From positions 77,748,001-77,812,000 of the forward strand of contig NC_042997.1 of the NCBI RefSeq assembly GCF_006345805.1: a stretch of 64,000 nucleotides of DNA, given 5' to 3'. The position numbers and the translations under genes were made by a program. The notes under the pieces were generated by a model, which had not been told where the DNA came from, did not search any database, and saw only the letters and a list, made by a program, of their open reading frames with translations. This document shows positions 36,965 to 50,536 of the stretch, one piece after another. This DNA is from Octopus sinensis (lineage: Eukaryota). Numbering within the stretch: the stretch's first letter is position 1; each line of letters starts with the position of its first letter.

Positions 36965-39235
36965 ACGGGGTGGGCAATTGTTTGGGCTAACTTTGAGAGG
37001 GCCGTGGTTAGCAGAGGGTAGCACCTTCTATACTTGATCATATTCATAAGTTAACATTACATTTCATTTAATGCAAAGTATAAACTACATAATAATAATA
37101 ATAAATAAAACTAAAGCAATAGAAAAGGTTTTATTAAATTTATTTATGTGCAAATTACACATCAGCCAACACAAGTAATTTAATGAGACAAATGTAACCT
37201 GTCACACTTATTTACAATTCTTTTGAAATCAGGAGTGAAGTTGCTTGTTGAGATCCTCATCACTACCTGCAAGTTTATGTCAGTCACAGAGGATCTATTT
37301 TTTACTCTTGCTGATTTTCAGGTAAGAAGAACTTTGTTCATAAATATATGTGGATCCAAAAATAGAAAACATTTTCCTGGCAAATCTCTTCACACATAGA
37401 AATTTGTCAGTAGATAGAGATTTGTAAAATTCTGTCAATGTCACAGAATTAAACATTTTTACAGTGTGTGCTCTGACTGCATGTCAATTAGTTCAAGCTA
37501 CACCTCCTCAGGTGTTGTATCAATATCAGCAGCGAAAGGATAAGATAAATTTAAATCAGGCTCAATTTTCTTAAAATCCTGAAATCTTGTGACCTCATCT
37601 TCTAAACTCAGTAAGAAAGACTTGCAGGCACTTTCTGTTTTCTTAATAAAGGGAAATGACAAAACTTGCCCTCACCTGCTTGCCTTGCAAATATATCTAG
37701 TTCTGTTTTGAATGATCTCACATGTACAAACAACCACTTCCCCTGTAATTTCACATTCAATTCATTTAATTTCTCAAATATATCAGCTGCAAACATCTTC
37801 TCATATCTCCACTCCTCACATTCCATTTTGGTCACAAAATCACATGAAAGCCCCTTCATGTCCAGAAAGAGGAGGGTTTCATTCTGTAATTCCCAAACCT
37901 GTTTTAGCATTTTGCCCAGGCTCAACCACCGAACACTGTTGTGTAAATCACATCTCCACACCCTGCCTCTATATCCTCAAGTAGAGATTTAAATTTTTGA
38001 TGGCAGAGCACCCTTGCTCTGATTGTGCTCACCACACTCACTACAGGAGCTATCACATGCTTTATGTCCAGTGCAGCTTGACAGAGGCTTTCCTGATACC
38101 AAATTCTATGGAATGACAAGATATCACTGTTTGGGTGTTCTGCTTTTAACTTGTTCCCTAAAAGTTTTGGTACCCCAGCATGGCCGCGGCCTTCGGGCTA
38201 AAACATTTTTAAGGATTTTTAAGGATTTATACCCACATTTTTTCCAGTAAATGCTCTGGCCCCATCTGTTGTAATGCTTGCCATTCTATTCCATGACAAG
38301 GCAGTTTTCTCTACACATTCCAAAATACATTCAAACAAGTCCTGACCAGTGGTTGCATTTTTCATTGATTCCAAACCAAGTAGTTCCTCTGTGATGATGA
38401 AATTGTCATCAATTCCATGGACAAAGATAAGTAGCAGTGTTTTGTTTATCAGTGCTCTCATCCAGTACCAAAGGAAACAAAATAGAATACTCCCAGTATT
38501 CAGCTTGTTCATCACTAATTAAATCTATGTGCCACATTATAGTCCTTCTTGATAATGAAATAGTTTCAAATTTGTTTCTGGCATTAGGACACTTGTGCAA
38601 TCTGCCAAGCACTGCTTAACAAACTCGCCATCAGAAAACGGCTTGTTGTTTTTAGCAAGGTTGTCTGCTACCATGAAACTTGCCTCTGTAGCACTATCTC
38701 GAAGTGTTGATTGCTTTGTAAATATGGTCTGTTGCTTCTTCAGTTACGTAACACACTTGGCAGCTTTTTTCCTGCGTTCTTCACTACCAAACTCACCATG
38801 TTTTGTTTGGTGGTGTCATTTCAAATTGTATTCCTTGAATATGGTAACCATCTTGTGACACAATAAACACACTGCCTTATTCTCTGAATTACTGAACAAA
38901 TATTTGTGTGTCCAGTCTTCATTGAACACATGGCATTCTTTTTTGATTTTGCACTTTTTAGGAGGGCCCATGTCTTGAGTCGGAATGTTACAGATCTTAC
39001 TGTTGCAAAGAGAAAACTTGAATATGAAGGGACTGAGCACGCGTATGGACGGCCACATAGACAGTAGGTATCCGCCTATTAAAACATAGGGCTAATTTCT
39101 GTGACACAAAGGAAGTAAGTCTCAGTTCAAGTTAGTCTTGGCACTAGCAGTTTACCATAATAAGTTTATGAAAATTTTAGACTTGGAAAATTTTTTTGCT
39201 GAATGCTTCCGCAGGCTGTAAATTGCTCTTCTCTG
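36965..39235 (-). mobile_element. Degenerate autonomous hAT transposon (Buster/SPIN/GTF2IRD2-like transposase)
   Basis: Transposase fragments CLLCHK..KEYNLKRHHQTKH (BED-like), KPFSDGEFVK, LDESTD, EELLGL, TTGQDLF, ITTDGA, FGSTYIYEQ. Decayed TIRs (ACGGGGTGGGCAATT / AATTGCTCTTCTCTG). TSD TTCTAGGA / CTCTAGGA. Confidence 0.92.
38169..38227 (+). mobile_element. ~60-bp LINE 3' tail insertion inside the hAT transposase
   Basis: CCCCAGCATGGCCGCGGCCTTCGGGCTAAAAC + (TTTTAAGGA)2 interrupts the GKNVG coding segment. Confidence 0.75.
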
Positions 39236-39574
39236 CTCTAGGACATAAACGATTTAAAAGAAAAGACCATTGTTGGAAAGTGAAATTGGAATTAAGTTTA
39301 ACTTGCTGGAATCTTTATGTGAATAATGTAATATGTGATTTCAAATAGGCATGAGGCTGTGGATTAAAGAGGAAATAATAGATATTTTAACATTTGTAGA
39401 TTTTCACTTTTGACAAAACATAGCGCAATGTAAGTGATGAGATATGAAGAATCAACCTTCTAGTCAACTTCATTACCTCAACAAATTAGTGCTAAAATGA
39501 ATTCATACAAACACATTCACAAGCAGACACTGACAATCAAAGCATTCTAGCTGTCATTATCATGTTTTTTTCGA

Positions 39575-40135
39575 TGGTGTTCTCAACCATTTTTTACCTA
39601 ATGATCCTTTAATTACTATTTTATTTTGTTGGATTTCCGCAACCATATGATGTTTAAAAACCAGTTTTATAGGCACTTCTTTCAAAATTCCTATATTGTT
39701 TTCCGCATATTCACTTGTGCAGGTCTGCAATAACACTCTCTAAGAAAACATGTTTCCATGGCTGAAAACATGTTGAACAATGTAAAATGTCCGAGAAATA
39801 AATGTAGTAGATTCTTGCAACCACGAAAATACAACTGTTGACTCCCAATTTATTATTTTGCTTGTGTGGACCCACCCACCAAAAAATAATCTTATGTGGA
39901 TCTATCCCCATCCCAAGATTATATGGATCCCATTTCAGAAACACTGATCTAGAGTTGTAGCATAATAGTTTCTTGCAATAAATATGTCTAAGACAAAATT
40001 TTTTTATGGACCACAAAAATACTACTGTATTTACTATTTTGCTTGTGTGGACCCCACCAAAATCTTATATGGCTCTATTCATGTCCCAAGATCATATGGA
40101 TCCCATTTCAGAAACATTGATCTAGAGCTGCATCA
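39575..40135. mobile_element. hAT MITE-like element with duplicated right end
   Basis: Left GTGTTCTCAACC; right ends TTTCAGAAACA(C/T)TG|ATCTAGAG occur twice (about 39947 and 40118). Confidence 0.55.
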
Positions 40136-40639
40136 TTTGAAATGTTACTTTAAAAGATACTAGGGTGTGTTCTGCTATTTCTAGCAGGTCAAATGAACAC
40201 ATAGTGTCTCCCTCTGCAGCTTAATCACATAGTTAAATATTATAGGGGTGTTATTTCCAACTATTTCACACTTTATGAAGTAGAAACTGTGAAACAAATG
40301 CCGCTGAATAAGCACAATATTCTGTTGAAATGAAAAGTGATTTGATATAGAGAAACAGTTTGATAAAACTTTCAGGATTTGCTAATCAAAGAAAGAGAGA
40401 AACAGAATCATAAAACTGAAGAATAACAAGGCATCTAAAACATATCACATGAAGTTTGGAACAAGAAGCTTGGTGCTATTTTTTCCCTCTGTATTACTCG
40501 AGAAATAAGGTCAAATTTGTATCAAAATAAAAAATCTTATTCAGTGAATAGGAGTTTCTTTTAACATAAGATACCCTGTGAGTGACAAAATAAGTAAATG
40601 TATGTCACTGTAGTTTTCTTATTACTTAAATGGTTGGAT

Positions 40640-41462
40640 ATATATGTAGATATATATGCATATATACATATAAATACATGTGTATGTATACATGTGTATA
40701 CATACATGTATGTATATATATATATGTATATATGTAGATATATATGCATATATACATATAAATACATGTGTATGTATACATGTGTATATATACATGTATG
40801 TATATATATATGTATATATGTAGATATATATGCATATATACATATAAATACATGTGTATGTATACATGTGTATATATACATGTATGTATATATATATGTA
40901 TATATGTAGATATATATGCATATATACATATAAATACATGTGTATGTATACATGTGTATATATACATGTATGTATATATATATGTATATATGTAGATATA
41001 TATGCATATATACATATAAATACATGTGTATGTATACATGTGTATATATACATGTATGTATATATATATGTATATATGTAGATATATATGCATATATACA
41101 TATAAATACATGTGTATGTATATATGTGTATATATACAAGTATGTATATATATATGTATATATACATATAAATACATGTGTATGTATACATGTGTATATA
41201 TACATGTATGTATATATATATGTATATATACATATAAGTACATGTGTATGTATACATGTGTATATATACATGTATGTATATATACATATAAATACATGTG
41301 TATGTATACATGTGTATATATACATGTATGTATATATATATGTATATATACATATAAATACATGTGTATGTATACATGTGTATATATACATGTATGTATA
41401 TATATATGTATATATACATATAAATACATGTGTATGTATACATGTGTATATATACATGTATG

Positions 41463-41494
<32 letters not shown>

Positions 41495-41715
41495 CATGTG
41501 TATGTATACATGTGTATATATACATGTATGTATATATACATATAAATACATGTGTATGTATACATGTGTATATATACATGTATGTATATATATATGTATA
41601 TATACATATAAATACATGTGTATGTATACATGTGTATATATACATGTATGTATATAATATGTATATATACATATAAATACATGTGTATGTATACATGTGT
41701 ATATATACATGTATG

Positions 41716-41747
<32 letters not shown>

Positions 41748-41808
41748 CATGTGTATGTATACATGTGTATATATACATGTATGTATATATATATATGTAT
41801 ATATGTAG

Positions 41809-41870
<62 letters not shown>

Positions 41871-41914
41871 GTATATATATATATATATTATATATATATA
41901 TGTATATATATATG

Positions 41915-41945
<31 letters not shown>

Positions 41946-41960
41946 GTATATATTAATTTA
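40640..41960. repeat. Higher-order minisatellite (86-bp units, then ~60-bp derivative units) built from TA/TG/CA
   Basis: Identical ORF starts at 40768, 40854, 40940, 41026 show an exact 86-bp period. Confidence 0.95.
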
Positions 41961-41973
41961 TTATATAGAAGGA

Positions 41974-42022
41974 GCTTCTACAGGACTAGAACTGTTTCAT
42001 TCAAGAGAAATCTTCAGGAAGC
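41974..42022 (-). ncRNA. Type I hammerhead ribozyme motif, nearly intact
   Basis: Minus: GCTTC-CTGAAGA-TTTC-TCTT-GAAT-GAAAC-AG-TTCTAGTC-CT-GTA-GAAGC. 5-bp stem I, 4-bp stem III, GUA triplet; U-U at the base of stem II. Confidence 0.7.
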
Positions 42023-42244
42023 AAGAATTGTATTGCCATTTATACATTTAGGCAGGTTTAAAGGGGTGTTGGTGGGGGACTTTTTGGGGGTAGGCATAGC
42101 GCAAAATATCATACTTGGAGGAGTGGTCAAGGAGTCAGTGTTAAATTAGATAGAAGAATAAATAAAAAAATAAAAAAATATATAAAAAAAAATATAAAAA
42201 AAGGGAATAGAGTTTTAGGTAAATAAGGAGATTCTCACTTATAC

Positions 42245-42567
42245 CTATGCACATATGTATACATATATACACACACATACAAACATATATACATATACAT
42301 ACACACATACGTACACACACACATATATACATATATATACACTTACACATACATATCTACACATACACATATATGTATACATACACACATACACACACTC
42401 ACATGCATACACGTATACACACATGTATATATACACACACGACCACACATACATATACACACAGAAAAATATATATACACATACACACACATACTCACAT
42501 ACACGCATACACACACATATGCACACACAGCACACTAGTCCCTATATACACATACACACACATACAT

Positions 42568-42609
<42 letters not shown>

Positions 42610-43045
42610 GTGTACCTACACATACACACATATATATACACATACAAATACAGACCCATTCCCTAATTTTAATTTTATTATCTTCATTTATTACTTTTGT
42701 TATCTTTGATCGCTGGTCACAAACATCTTGGCTATGACAGCCAGTCCATTTATCTGTCTACTGGAAAACAAGCACTCATTTACTCACGCACACTCACTCA
42801 TTCGCACACTCATACACATACACGCACGCACGCGTTATATTCATACATACATACATCTACATACATTCACGTATATACACATACGTACGCGTACCTACAG
42901 ATTCATGTCTACACTCTTAGAAGGCTAGTCTATACATATACACCAATAAATATAAATACACACACATACATATACACCTACATACAAATACATACATGTA
43001 TATATATATATACATATACATACATATTCACATATATATACATAC

Positions 43046-43078
<33 letters not shown>

Positions 43079-43333
43079 CATATACATACATATACATACA
43101 TATACACATATACATATATATACATATACACACACATACACATACATACATATACACACATACACATACATACGTATACATACATACATCCATACATCCA
43201 TCCATACATACATTTATACACATACACACACCCACACGTATACATATACGTACATATATATACGCGCATGCATACACATACAAATACATACACATACGCA
43301 TATACATATACATACATACACATACACACACAC

Positions 43334-43373
<40 letters not shown>

Positions 43374-43610
43374 CACACACATACATATACAAATATACGC
43401 ACACACATACATACATACTCATATACACATACACGCACATACACATGTACATGCGTACCCATACACACACACACACACGTGCATCCATATATACACATAA
43501 GTACACACATGCGTAAAAGTATACATATATCTATGCTTACACATACACACACACACACGTGCCTCCTTATATTCATACTTACATGCATACTCAAAAAATA
43601 AGTAAATAGT
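42245..43610. repeat. (CA/TA)n-rich low-complexity tract
   Basis: Direct inspection; source of the HTHT/YIYI ORFs. Confidence 0.95.
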
Positions 43611-43639
43611 AAAATATATATACGCGCAGTTATTCATAA

Positions 43640-45096
43640 CTCTTTGATAAAAAGGGCTCTCTAACTGAGGACCCCCAAGGGATAAGTGAAATACTAAAGG
43701 AACAGTATAAAAGTGTGTTCACATCCCCTCTGGGGCACATGCAAATCACAAACCCAGAAGTTTTCTTTGATGCCACAACACTCCAAAACCAAACAACAAC
43801 CATCGACCACATAGACATAACAGAGAGGGATGTAATATCTGCCATAGATGGATTCCCAGCAGTCCTCCTAAAAACATGCAGGCATGCCCTAGCGGGACCA
43901 CTGAAGAAGCTCTTCAGTGGTTCCTTGGCTAACGGTAAACTGCCCAGGGCGCTAAAAGAAGGCACCATATGCCCTATCCACAAAGGAGGGAGTAGAGCAG
44001 AGGCCAAAAACTACAGGCCAGTCTCCCTGACGTCACACATAAGTAAGGTCATGGAACGAATCATCAGAAAAAAACTGATCACGTTCCTCGACATGCCCTT
44101 GGTAGCACAAACAACATCCCTCACTAGCTATGCTGATGACACAAAGGTAGCACAGGCAATCAAAAACCCAGCTGATGCTGACCTTTTACAACAAGATCTG
44201 GATGCCATATACAAATGGGCTGAAGACAACAACATGCAATTTAATGCTGGTAAATTTCAAGCCTTACAATATCAAGCTGTAAACACATATACATTACAAC
44301 ACAACTATACTGGTCCAGGAGGGATCGAAATCCCAGTATCGAAATCAATACGGGACCTGGGGATAGACATGAGTGACGATGCATCTTTTTCTTCACACAT
44401 CGCGAAGGTGGCGACAATGTGCAGACGACTCACTGGCTGGATCCTGAGGACATTCCGGACAAGAGACTGCGAGACCATGTTGACACTATGGAGGACATTT
44501 GTCCTAAGCCACCTGGACTACTGCTCCCAACTGTGGTCACCGCATAGTGTCAAACTAACCACAGAGCTTGAGACAATCCAAAGACATTTCACCAAGAGGA
44601 TTTCCACCATGAAAGAAAAGAACTATTGGGAGAGGCTTAGGGAACTCAATTTGTACTCCTTGGAACAAAGACGAGAGAGATATGCAGTGATATACATATG
44701 GAAAATCCTGGAGGGACTAGCACCAAATTTTGGAATTGAGAGCTGTTCCAATCCCCGTACAGGACGTCACTGTGTGGTGCCGAAGGTCCCGTCTTCCACA
44801 TCCAGGGTAAGGAGCAGATACTGTAATAGCCTGGGGTTCAGGGGCCCTCAGCTGTTCAACAAACTGCCAAGAAAACTAAGAGATCTACATGATGCGGATG
44901 TGGACATTTTCAAAAAACATCTAGACAAGCTGCTTTCCGGGATCCCAGATGAACCCACTGCAAGGTACGAAGGTAATCTAAGGGCAGCAGCTACAAACTC
45001 TCTCTTAGATCAGTGGCCAGCCACGGCAAACTGGACTTAGAGAGGGTAGCAACAAGGGCGGTGCCCCAGCATGGCCTCAGCTGGATGGCTGAAACA
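43640..45096 (+). mobile_element. 5'-truncated CR1/L2-group LINE with in-frame internal deletions (RT core missing)
   Basis: 441-aa ORF 43715-45040 jumps from IIRKKLITFL to DMPLV..SYADDTK; 3' tail GGCGGTGCCCCAGCATGGCC. Confidence 0.92.
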
Positions 45097-45128
45097 AGTA
45101 AAAGAGTATATACATCTATATATATACA

Positions 45129-45176
<48 letters not shown>

Positions 45177-45388
45177 TATATATATATATATATATATCTA
45201 TATACATCTATATATATATATATATATCTATATACATCTATATATATATATATATATCTATATATATATATATATATATATACATCTATATATTATATAT
45301 ATATATACATCTATATATATATATATCTATATACATCTATATATATATATATCCTATATACATCTATATATATATATATCTATATACA

Positions 45389-45423
<35 letters not shown>

Positions 45424-45912
45424 TATATATATATATATCTATATATATATATATATATATACATCTATATATATATATATATATATATACATCTATATAT
45501 ATATATATACATCTATATATATATATATACATCTATACATCTATATATATATATATACATCTATATAATATATATATATACATCTATATATATATATATA
45601 CATCTATATATATATATATACATCTATATATATATATATACATCTATATATATATATATATATAATACATCTATATATATATATATATATACATACATCT
45701 ATATATATATATATATATACATCTATATATATATATATATATACACATATATACATACACACAGACATATATATATATACACATATATATATATATACAC
45801 ACAGACATATATATATATATATACATCTATATTCCCGCTTGGAAAGTCTTTTTTAATGGCGGTGCCCCAGCATGGCCACAACTCATAGGCTGGAACTGGA
45901 ATCAATCAATCA

Positions 45913-45974
<62 letters not shown>

Positions 45975-45977
45975 GAC

Positions 45978-46012
<35 letters not shown>

Positions 46013-46050
46013 CACACAGACATATATATATACATATATATATATACATG
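45097..46050. repeat. (TA)n/(TACATC) microsatellite with an embedded second LINE tail (45858-45915)
   Basis: Direct inspection. Confidence 0.92.
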
Positions 46051-46394
46051 TATACATATAGTGAAACTATTAAAACTGAAAGCATCATTTGAAATTACAA
46101 TAGAAATGTTATTGTTTTACTTTTGACACATAATACTGAAATAGTGTAAGGAAATTGCTTCAGTGCTACATTATGCAAGAAGCTGAAAATTTGTTTGGAC
46201 CATGACACTGCTGGTCCCTAAGTAAGGCATGTGTAAAATGTGAATGAATTTGGTTGGGTAGTTCTCAAGGTTTAGTTATGCACACATACAGACACACACA
46301 CAGACAGACAAACACACATTCTCAGTTTTATTTATATATAGATTTCCTTAAACTATCCTATCCAGTATGTATCACAAATATTTATATGATGTAG

Positions 46395-46810
46395 TACTCA
46401 GCTGAAATTTTATACATGCATGTCCATGAGCATCCATGTATGGATATGATACATACGATTACATATCTCATTCATTCTAAGCTGAGACACTGCATATTGT
46501 GTTGTTTAAACCCAAAGTCAGCTCTGCTAATGTAAATGTGTAGCGAAGGTATCTTTTTTTTTAAAGATAGTAAAGGGTATGAGATGAGAAAGATTTGACA
46601 GTTATTTCCAGCAGGATAAGTGATGGCATAGAGGCTCCCTCGTGTATAAATATACAGTGTGTGTGTGACATTGAAAATGTCAATACCACTACAAAACATT
46701 ACCATCCTGTTATATAGCGTTATTCTTGAGTCTAAACTACAAGATCCACCTAGCTCCATTTAGGTAAAGTATGTAAAAATATTACTGTATCTACGAACAC
46801 TGAATGTCAT
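46395..46810. repeat. Unclassified ~420-bp dispersed repeat, copy A
   Basis: Aligns by eye with 49278-49750 (e.g. GAGACACTGCATATTGTGTTGTTTAAACCC, GTTATATAGCGTTATTCT). Confidence 0.85.
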
Positions 46811-49277
46811 GTCATAAGGCTTTCATCAAAAACTCCTACTGAATTATACCTTTCCCACTTAAATTTGTCACCTTACATCAATTTAAGAAACCATGTTACC
46901 CTCCTTCTTTACTCAACCCCAATAAATTCAAAGTCTAAATAAATCCGGCACTGAGGCTTACAGAATGCAGCCAAGTGAGGCTTTATATCTAGTTGAAACT
47001 AGTTTTCTGCCATCAATAATACTCTCAAGAAAGGCATGAATTTTCAATTTATTTGACTAACTTTATAATCCTGGAGTTTTATGTCTAGTCAATGATAAAT
47101 CTAGTGTGTGCTGTGAAGTAGAAACAATATCTCTCTCTATATATGTATGAATTGTCTGCTTGTATATCTGCCTTGTAATCAGAAACTATAAAATAAAGAC
47201 CTGTAAGACTATTTATATTATTATTATTCAACACTTCACAAGGAAGTTTGTGTAACATTTGATAAGAAAAATATCAGCCAAACCTCCCTCAAAATGCACC
47301 CTGTTATCTCACAAGCAAAATAATGTACAGAGAGAAAATCAAAAATGAAGTAGTTATGTCCAATATCTCTTTCCTCCACAGAATAGTGGAATAGAGAACA
47401 AGTGACATACATGAAGGGAAATAGAGAGAGGTAGAGAATGTGAGACACATTCAAGAAGGAGGGCTATAATTAGGGAGAGTAATGGCGATGTGGTACCAGT
47501 ATGTTTGTGTGACATCAAATTGGTTTTTAACCTTATTTTTTCTCCTTCAGTCTCTCTTTAATCTTTCTTACTCTCTGCCTATATCTGGCATAGTGGAAGA
47601 GAGTGAAATAGACAATGAGAGACATCAAGAGAGAGGAAGGAGTGTGACAATGATGATTGCAGCAGTTTGAAAACTTGATGAAAAGATGCAACAGAAATAG
47701 CCTTTTGCAATGTTCTTTTGTATTAAGCGAATGCAGAATTTTCCCATTATTTAAATCATACAATGTTGGAATGGGTTACAAATTTATATTCACAGTACAA
47801 CATTGAATAACATACTCCCATACATTAATATATAATATTGGTCTCTGGTTTCCTATCCATCCATCAACATACACCTGACAATTAACTGAAATAAAGGAAC
47901 AAACACACACAGAGACACTTCATTGCTAACAACTTCTTGAGTGACCAGTTAAGAAACTTCATAATGGATTTAATTCTAGTTGGCATGTCTTATGGCTTTC
48001 ATCAAAAACTCCTTTCTATTATACTTCAATTGTACCATTGTCAATTTTCGATACAGCTCTAAAAGTTTACTAGAATTCATGCCAGCTCATAAAAGAATAA
48101 TTTTTTAAAATATCTCATTAGTGAACTGTTATGGAAAATTAATTATAGGTCTGTTTAGAGGTACTGATAGTAATATACTAAGGTGGTTTAGTCTATTAGT
48201 TTCCATTTATTTACATAGGTGTATCAAACTATAATATGTGTGTGTGTGTGTGTGTGCCTATCTAAAATCTCATTAGTGGTACTGGTCAGTATCAATGTAT
48301 ATGTGTTCTATCTTCATAACTGGGTATAGCCAGGTCCCTCTGCAATTCCCCAACAAATTATCATTTTTTTACATCATTAATGTTTTTGGCAAAAGACAGT
48401 ATCATTGAACAGTCTTAATTCTTCAGCTTTATATACCTGGAGCTTTATCTCAACAAGAAAAAATTGTTTATTTGATTCTTTATGAATTTGTTTTGTTTTT
48501 TTTTCATTTGCAATGATCAAAACATGAGAATGCTGATTACACTTGGAATCCTAAGTTGAAATTTTCCCTCACCTGAATCATTGCCAAATGGAGAGGTTAA
48601 GTTCTACAACAGCATTAAATGAAACAAATAAAGATAATGTAGAAACATGATATGACCTTGTAGCATAAATATCCACCCTAAGCCTGAAAATATCAGAATA
48701 CCTCTTAAGCACCCCAGTACACTGCAGTACACTATGCTGCATTATACTGCAACATATCTCTGTTCCATAAAACTGTTTACAACGTTAACAATTACTGCAT
48801 CTCTATAAATATTGATTTTTTTTTTTTACAAGGCAAGAGATACAATCTGTGTTCATTAAATTGACTCAGTATATTACTGATACTATTTTACTGAAGCCCA
48901 AAAGAACGACGGGCAAAGTTAATTCTGTTAGCATTTAAAATGCAGAGATTAAATCCATTATATATTCAAAATCGCTTGTCACAACTTTGCCGCCTTGACT
49001 TCTATTAAAAAGTAGTCACTTCCAGCTGATTTTGTAGTCCTATGAAAACTGAAACAAACAAATCCTGTAATATAATGATGTTGATGGGGGTAGTGATTAC
49101 AGTGAACATAAATGGGACTGGTTTTTGTTTCCCCAGTTTGTTCTCAGCTGATTCAACACAATGATACATACTTTATAACAGAAAAGAAAAGAAATAAAAA
49201 CCTACGATGAAAATAAAACAAACCAGAATTCATAACTTTTCCTTATTACAATACACACACGCATGCACACATTGCGG

Positions 49278-49750
49278 TCAGCTGAAGTTTTAAATATGCT
49301 CATCCGTGAGCATCCAGGTATCGATATGAATACATACGATTATCTCGTTCATTCTAAGCCGAGACACTGCATATTGTGTTGTTTAAACCCGAAGTCATCT
49401 CTGCTAAAGCAAATCGAAAGTACCCCACTTTTTTTTTCTTCAGACAGTAAATGAGAAAGATTTTACAGTTATTTCCAGCAGGATGAGCGACGGCATATGG
49501 GCTCTCTCGTGTATAAACATATGATGTATGTATGACATTAAAAATTTCAATCCCACTACAAAACAAAATATTCTTTTCTGCTCTAGGCACAAGGTCCGAA
49601 ATTTGTGGGGAGGGGGCCAGTCGATTAGAGCGACTCCAGTACGCAGTTGGTACTTGATTTATCGACCCCGTTATATAGCGTTATTCTCGAGGCTAAACTG
49701 CAAAACCCACCTAGTTGTAAAAATATTACTGTATCAACAAACACTGAATG
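49278..49750. repeat. Unclassified ~420-bp dispersed repeat, copy B, interrupted by a SINE fragment (about 49570-49670)
   Basis: As copy A; inserted piece matches the SINE at 56200-56290. Confidence 0.85.
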
Positions 49751-49910
49751 CGGAAGTTTTCCTTGATATGTATATTGATACTTCACTCTCTCACATACAC
49801 AACTATACCTGTCACTAATAAATATACAATTGTGTTGTTGTTGTTTTTTTTGTAATTCGGGGTGTTTTTTCCTTCTTTTGTTAATAGTGACAGGACCCCT
49901 TGATAAATAC

Positions 49911-50000
49911 CATGGTTGATACCCTCTCTAACCGGCACTGCCAACAGCTGTTGTTTAGTTCCGATGTTTAAAAGAGTCCGAGCCGTGACTGTCCCATCTT
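49911..50000 (-). CDS. Candidate 90-bp exon (EDGTVTARTLLNIGTKQQLLAVPVREGINH), phase 1 to 1
   Basis: cactttttgaataag|...CCATG|gtattt; open; phase-compatible with 50537-50746. Confidence 0.3.
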
Positions 50001-50536
50001 CTTATTCAAAAAGTGTATTGAGGACCATGTCTAATATGTCCTTTCGTAAGACAGTAGATGTGATTCGAAGAAGACTTGGTAGTTATGTCTTAAGATGTAG
50101 GATATGATAACGAAAAGTTGACTGCCATTTCTAGCAAGTCAAACAATAATTTATAAACTCTTTCGCTGACTTGCTCATCAACAGTAGCAGGGTTACGAAC
50201 ATGCAAATTATAGAGAAGAAAAAGAAATCGTATGTTCATATATATTTTCCTAAAGCATTAAATAACATACCTGAAAGTAAACAGTTTCGAATGAAAAACC
50301 GAGTAAATTAAAATATTTTTTCTGCGTGTATCATTATTACTTTGAAATTATGTGTCCATTGCTTAGTTAAATAACAAAAGGAAAAGGCCTCCAGTTTCCT
50401 GCTTACAAGAAGAAAACCTATTTAGCAACTCCCTGCTCCCTTGACCTATTAACTACATTGTTAAGTCACTTAAATACTCATATATGGATATTACATATAA
50501 TGTTTTCCTCTGTATTTGTTTACAATATTATTTAAC

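Noticed and set aside
40561-43637. Long ORFs (up to 405 aa) rich in Y/I/H/T/C/V/M
   Set aside because: Translations of TA/CA/TG repeats that lack stops by composition; the same applies to 8618-9034, 17132-17648 and 45013-46126.
48573-48603. 31-bp micro-exon with good splice sites (NLTSPFGNDS)
   Set aside because: Phase is incompatible with neighbouring candidate exons; the 58071-58116 segment was set aside for the same lack of linkage.
50122-50180. AGCAAGTCA/TGACTTGCT hairpin with TTGATGA...GAAA on minus
   Set aside because: Core mismatch and no stem I; a simple 9-bp inverted repeat.
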